A stretch of DNA of 64,000 nt from assembly GCF_036321535.1 (NCBI RefSeq), contig NC_087454.1:35216001-35280000 (forward strand), read 5' to 3'. Source of the stretch: Camelus dromedarius. Its lineage: Eukaryota. Positions 60,140 through 64,000 of this stretch are shown one piece after another. Made by a program: the position numbers and the translations under genes. The stretch's first letter is position 1, and every line of letters starts with the position of its first letter. Under the pieces are notes generated by a model, which had not been told where the DNA came from, searched no databases, and saw only the letters and a program-made list of their open reading frames with translations.

Positions 60140-61300
60140 TTTAGACTGAGTTTTATTCATCTCTTGAATATTTAACCGGCACCAGGTGTTCAAGTGCTGT
60201 GCTGGGAGCTAGGATGGCAAGTCAGATTAGTGACAGAGATTTAGCGGGCAGGGGTGGAAGGACCAAGTCCATCTGGGGTGACAGGGCGGTGTCAGAGGTG
60301 TGACTGAAGGAGCCAGGGAGGGGCCCCATCATTCCCGGGAGGAGAGGGGTATTAAGAAGGCTTACTGGGCAAGATGACATTTACCAAGCTCTGAGGAGCA
60401 AGGAGCAGGTGGAGACATTTCCAGGCAGATGATGTAGCACAAGTGTGTGTCTGAAGGTTTGAAATAGTGCAAAGGATTTGGGAAACACAAGATATCCTGT
60501 GTGGCAAGAGACGAGGCTGGAGAGAGGCAGATGGCTGGGCCTGTGTGCTCGCCCCAGGAGTGTTTCCTTGAAAGCCTGGTTTGGGGGAGGGGGTGGCGCT
60601 ATGCAAGGGTTTCCAGCAAGGGAGTAACTCAGCTCACTCAGCACCAGCAGGGAGCGCGGGGCTGATCAGGGCAGCCTGGATGCAGAAGGCCTGGCACCCC
60701 TGTGGGGGATGGAGGGATGGGAGTGGGAGCAGGGAAAATGGTACTGAGGGGCAGGGTGAGGGAGAGGCCTGGGTCTGGGGTGGACAACCACTTCCCTCCA
60801 TGGGGGAGACGGGAGACCCCAGAGAGGGCCAGATCTGAGGGGAAAATGAGTTTATTTGTGGACACGTGGAGGGAAGGATGCCTTTTTTTTTTTTTTAAAT
60901 GAACACACTGATTTTCATTAATTTATTTTTTTGGGGGGAGGTAATTAGATTTATTTATTTATTTATTATTATGTTTAGTGGAGGTACTGGGGATTGAACC
61001 TAGGACCTCGTGTGCGCTAAGCATGCGCTCTGCCAATGAGCTATCCCCGCCCCCCAGCTTTTGGAAGATCTAAATGGGGCTGTAGCTGAATGTACGGGTT
61101 CAGGGGAGACATGTTAGCAGGAGAGGAAGGTTTGGGAGTCATCCGTGTGCAGGTGATGGTTGAAGCTGCCGCCGTGAAGGGCACGAGGCGTGCAGAGTAT
61201 CACTGGGGAAGGGGACGCAGAGGGAGATTCTGAGAAGGCTTAGTGGGAGGGTTTGTCAGTAGCGCTGAATGAACTGCAGAAAAGGCTGAGCGAGAGAGTG
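60140..61300 (-). mobile_element. L2 LINE fragment (interrupted by a vic-1 SINE)
   Basis: Starts with the antisense L2 3' end (ttttattcatctcttgaatatttaaccggcaccagg..gtgctgggagctagg) and continues with typical purine-rich L2 sequence. Confidence 0.65.
60921..61055 (-). mobile_element. vic-1-type SINE
   Basis: ggggggaggtaattag..ggaggtactggggattgaacctaggacc..gcgctctgccaatgagctatccccgccccc. Confidence 0.88.
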
Positions 61301-63089
61301 GCTGCCGGGTCATCACGGAAGACATCCCGGAGAATTGACCTCATGGGCTAAAGCTTTCAGATTAATGGATGGAGTTGTTGTCTTGGACGGGACTGTCCAG
61401 GCAGGACTTTGGGGAGCACCGTCGTGAAGGACTGGAGAAAAGAGACTTGAGAGAGTGACTGAGAAGGAGCAGGGAGAGAAACAGGCGCATCGGGAGAGCT
61501 CGCCTGGGAACCAGAGTCCGGGAAGCACGTCCAGGAAGGCTGGGCGGAACAGTCAGTAAACGTGGGCTGGGAAGTTTCCGTTGGACTTGGCACCCGGCAG
61601 GTCATCTGTAACGGCGGAAGCGATGCCAGAGCGGCTGACAGCACACGGCGCTGCTTGTTCTGTGCTTTTCCCTGGACTCTTTGCAAGGTCAGAGGAACGC
61701 TGGAAAAACACCATTTCTGGGAGGAAACAGCAGCGATCAGAGTTTCCTGCCGGACCTGCCAGGTCTAAGGGCTGTGAGCGATCAAGCTGGGATGTATGTC
61801 TTGGACAGCTGACTATGATACAACTAATGGGGAATTTCATAGCTCTGGTCATAATGTGTGTGTGTCTGATCAGTGTCTAGCATGGGAACGAGCCGTCCAG
61901 GCGGACCCGGAAGACAGAAGGTGGGGGACCAGTCACCAGTATTCTGCGGCTGGGACCAGAGTGCGCTCTGGGCAGTTTACGCCTGGTAATTCCACATTAA
62001 GTGTTGAGGACCACAGACGATGCTCCCTCCTTCTAAAACCCTTCAGTAATTGCACTGACCCATTGTGTTTCCAAGTTTATTTCATCTTGGGATTTTTTTT
62101 TTTTTAATTATAAAAGCAGCGTATGGTTCACTGTAAAAAGTCAATGGAGGCAAATAAAGTTTAGGTCATCAACCTGCCCTTCCCACTTCCAGACTCTCCC
62201 CACCCTGGTGAGGTTGCCAGTGTTGGGTGTCACACCACACTGGGCTTCTTCTGAAGGTACCTCCCTTCCCCACTGCTTCCCGAGATCATGGAGGGCACAG
62301 ACTTGCCTTCCTTACCTTTTTCTCCTCACCTTCTGCCATGTAGCTGGACATAAGCCGCCAGGGTCTGTTAATTATTAGCTACATGAATGATCAGAGAAAT
62401 GAACGAGTGAATGAATGGGACGATTTCTCAGGCTTTGCCCTTGGGGCCGTTGGCTTCTGTTTAAACTTCAGCGAGAAACCGATACAAGAGGAGAGCCCCC
62501 GTTTTGGTCACTGACTCGTACGAGTGCTGTGGATGGCGCTGTGTCATGGGGTGCAAGGTCTGCAGCCCCTTTTTCAAGCCTAGAGGGGCAGACTGAATTA
62601 CGTGAATTAAAATTAATTCAGAAAGCGGGAGATGACTGGCAGGAGAACCAGTCAGAGATGAGCGGCTCAGCACTGCCGTGGCATTAGGTGTGATCTGATC
62701 TTCATAATGCATTTTCAGCTCTTAGAAAGAAGCACACAGGAACTTCTACATTGAGTTCACACAGCCTAGAAGCGTTTACTGTGCTGCTCTGCACGTCAGG
62801 CACTGGGGTTAAGTCATCATAGGTAGAGCTGAAGGAAGAATCCTGTCCAAGAGACACAAGCTATAGTCGGTCCCAGAGGCCTTCCAACCACGGGGGCTAA
62901 ACCGTATTTGTAGGTGTAAAAGGGAGGATGGAGAAAAATGGCCAAGTTCAGCAAATTAGAATGTCCTGCTGATCATCAGACCACAGATAAAGGGGATTTC
63001 AGGTACCACGAGAACAGGAATTCTTTCCAGTTGGAGATTGAGACTGGATTCCGGTCTTCCCTCCTTCCCTGGGGGTGGCGCTTCTCCAG

Positions 63090-63240
63090 GTGGGCTCTGG
63101 GACCGCCTGCCTCAGAATCCTTGTTAAAATCGCGTATTTCCCACTTTCCCCAAGGACTCCACAATTAGGATTCCCAGAGCACGATCCCCGGAGTCTGCAT
63201 TTTAATCTCCAGGGAAAGCTCACGTAAGTTAAATTGGAGC
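63090..63240. mobile_element. MER5-like MITE
   Basis: ..gcctcagaatccttgttaaaat..ccccggagtctgcattttaa..; another MER5-like start (ttaaaatgcagactgctc) lies at the window end. Confidence 0.5.
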
Positions 63241-64000
63241 CGGGAGTCACTCATTTAAGAATCTAACAGAGCCTACACAGTCCCTGAGGGGGCTGAGGTC
63301 CTGAACAGTATTTAGGCCAGAAGGGGGTCCTTACAGTCTGAGCTTCAGCCGTGGGCTAAATCCACAGCTTAAGTACAGAAAACGGGTTTTACCCAGCCTG
63401 AAATTCACGTGTCTGTCTTAATAACCCAGATATTACAGGTAGAGGGGTGTAAGAATTGGTTTTATTTTAAAAATGGGAAGGAGGTAGTTAGATTAGATTC
63501 AAACGGTCCCCTTTCCATCCTTTTCCTGCCTCTTTCCCCCCATTCCTTTCCCATCTTCTACTCCACAACAAAACAGCTTTATTTGACCTCCGCCTGCTGT
63601 CCTGCCTGTCTGCCAGAGTCTGCGGAAGCCCTCAGACTGCTCTGTTTCCATCTCAGGGCAAAAATGGCTTCACCCTGGAGGTGCCCTGCGGGTGGGAGCC
63701 GTCGGTGATTGTTGGGTACCACACCAGCCACTCCAGCACTGCCGGGGCCTCGTCAGCGTCAGCGGTGGGTCCTGACCCGGCCGCGTCTCAGATTCACCTG
63801 AGGTCGTGTTTTTCCTTTTTTTAAAGCTGACCTCACCCCAGGCCGCCTTCCTGGAATCTCAGGGGATGATGGCCCCAGCTGATTGTGATACACATTCAGG
63901 GCTGAGAACCAATTAGGTTAAATGCCTCAGTGTTTCTCATGGGTCTTAAGACCCTTTGTATCTGCATCTCTGGGGCATCGGATTAAAATGCAGACTGCTC

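Larger units (their letters stand above)
51525..64000 (+). other. LRRC1: LRRC1 intron 2 (5' part, continues beyond the window)
   Basis: Begins GTAAGA. No exon-3 sequence (IPEIPESISFCK...) was seen by eye before 64000. Confidence 0.7.

Overview
Mammalian genomic DNA, not microbial. It is almost certainly from a camelid, because it carries five tRNA-Ala-derived SINEs of the camelid vic-1 type plus cetartiodactyl-type L1 3' ends. The window holds the 5' part of LRRC1 (LANO, a LAP/Scribble-family leucine-rich-repeat protein) on the + strand: about 12 kb of repeat-rich upstream DNA, a CpG-island promoter (~12.3-14.0 kb), coding exon 1 (13088-13246), a ~38 kb intron 1, exon 2 (almost wholly hidden in a 132-N gap; only its last 11 nt and donor are visible at 51514-51530) and the first 12.5 kb of intron 2. 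Apart from exon 1, the exon-2 tail and decayed L1 ORF2 frames, the ORF-track entries look spurious. No CRISPR, rRNA, true tRNA or prokaryotic system is present. The most interesting signals are: (1) a 42/36-bp minisatellite in intron 1 built from AGGTCA nuclear-receptor half-sites (26 perfect half-sites, 6 perfect DR2 elements); (2) a coherent spliced divergent lncRNA model upstream of the promoter; (3) a small intronic CRE/GC-box element with tandem antisense donors; (4) retroelement-created splice sites and inverted SINE/L1 pairs that mirror primate Alu biology; (5) a candidate in-frame 12-nt microexon and a hairpin covering the exon-1 donor; (6) three substitutions in exon 1 at residues normally conserved in LAP proteins. 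Repeat family names come from recalled consensus sequences and repeat boundaries are approximate. No computation or database search was run.
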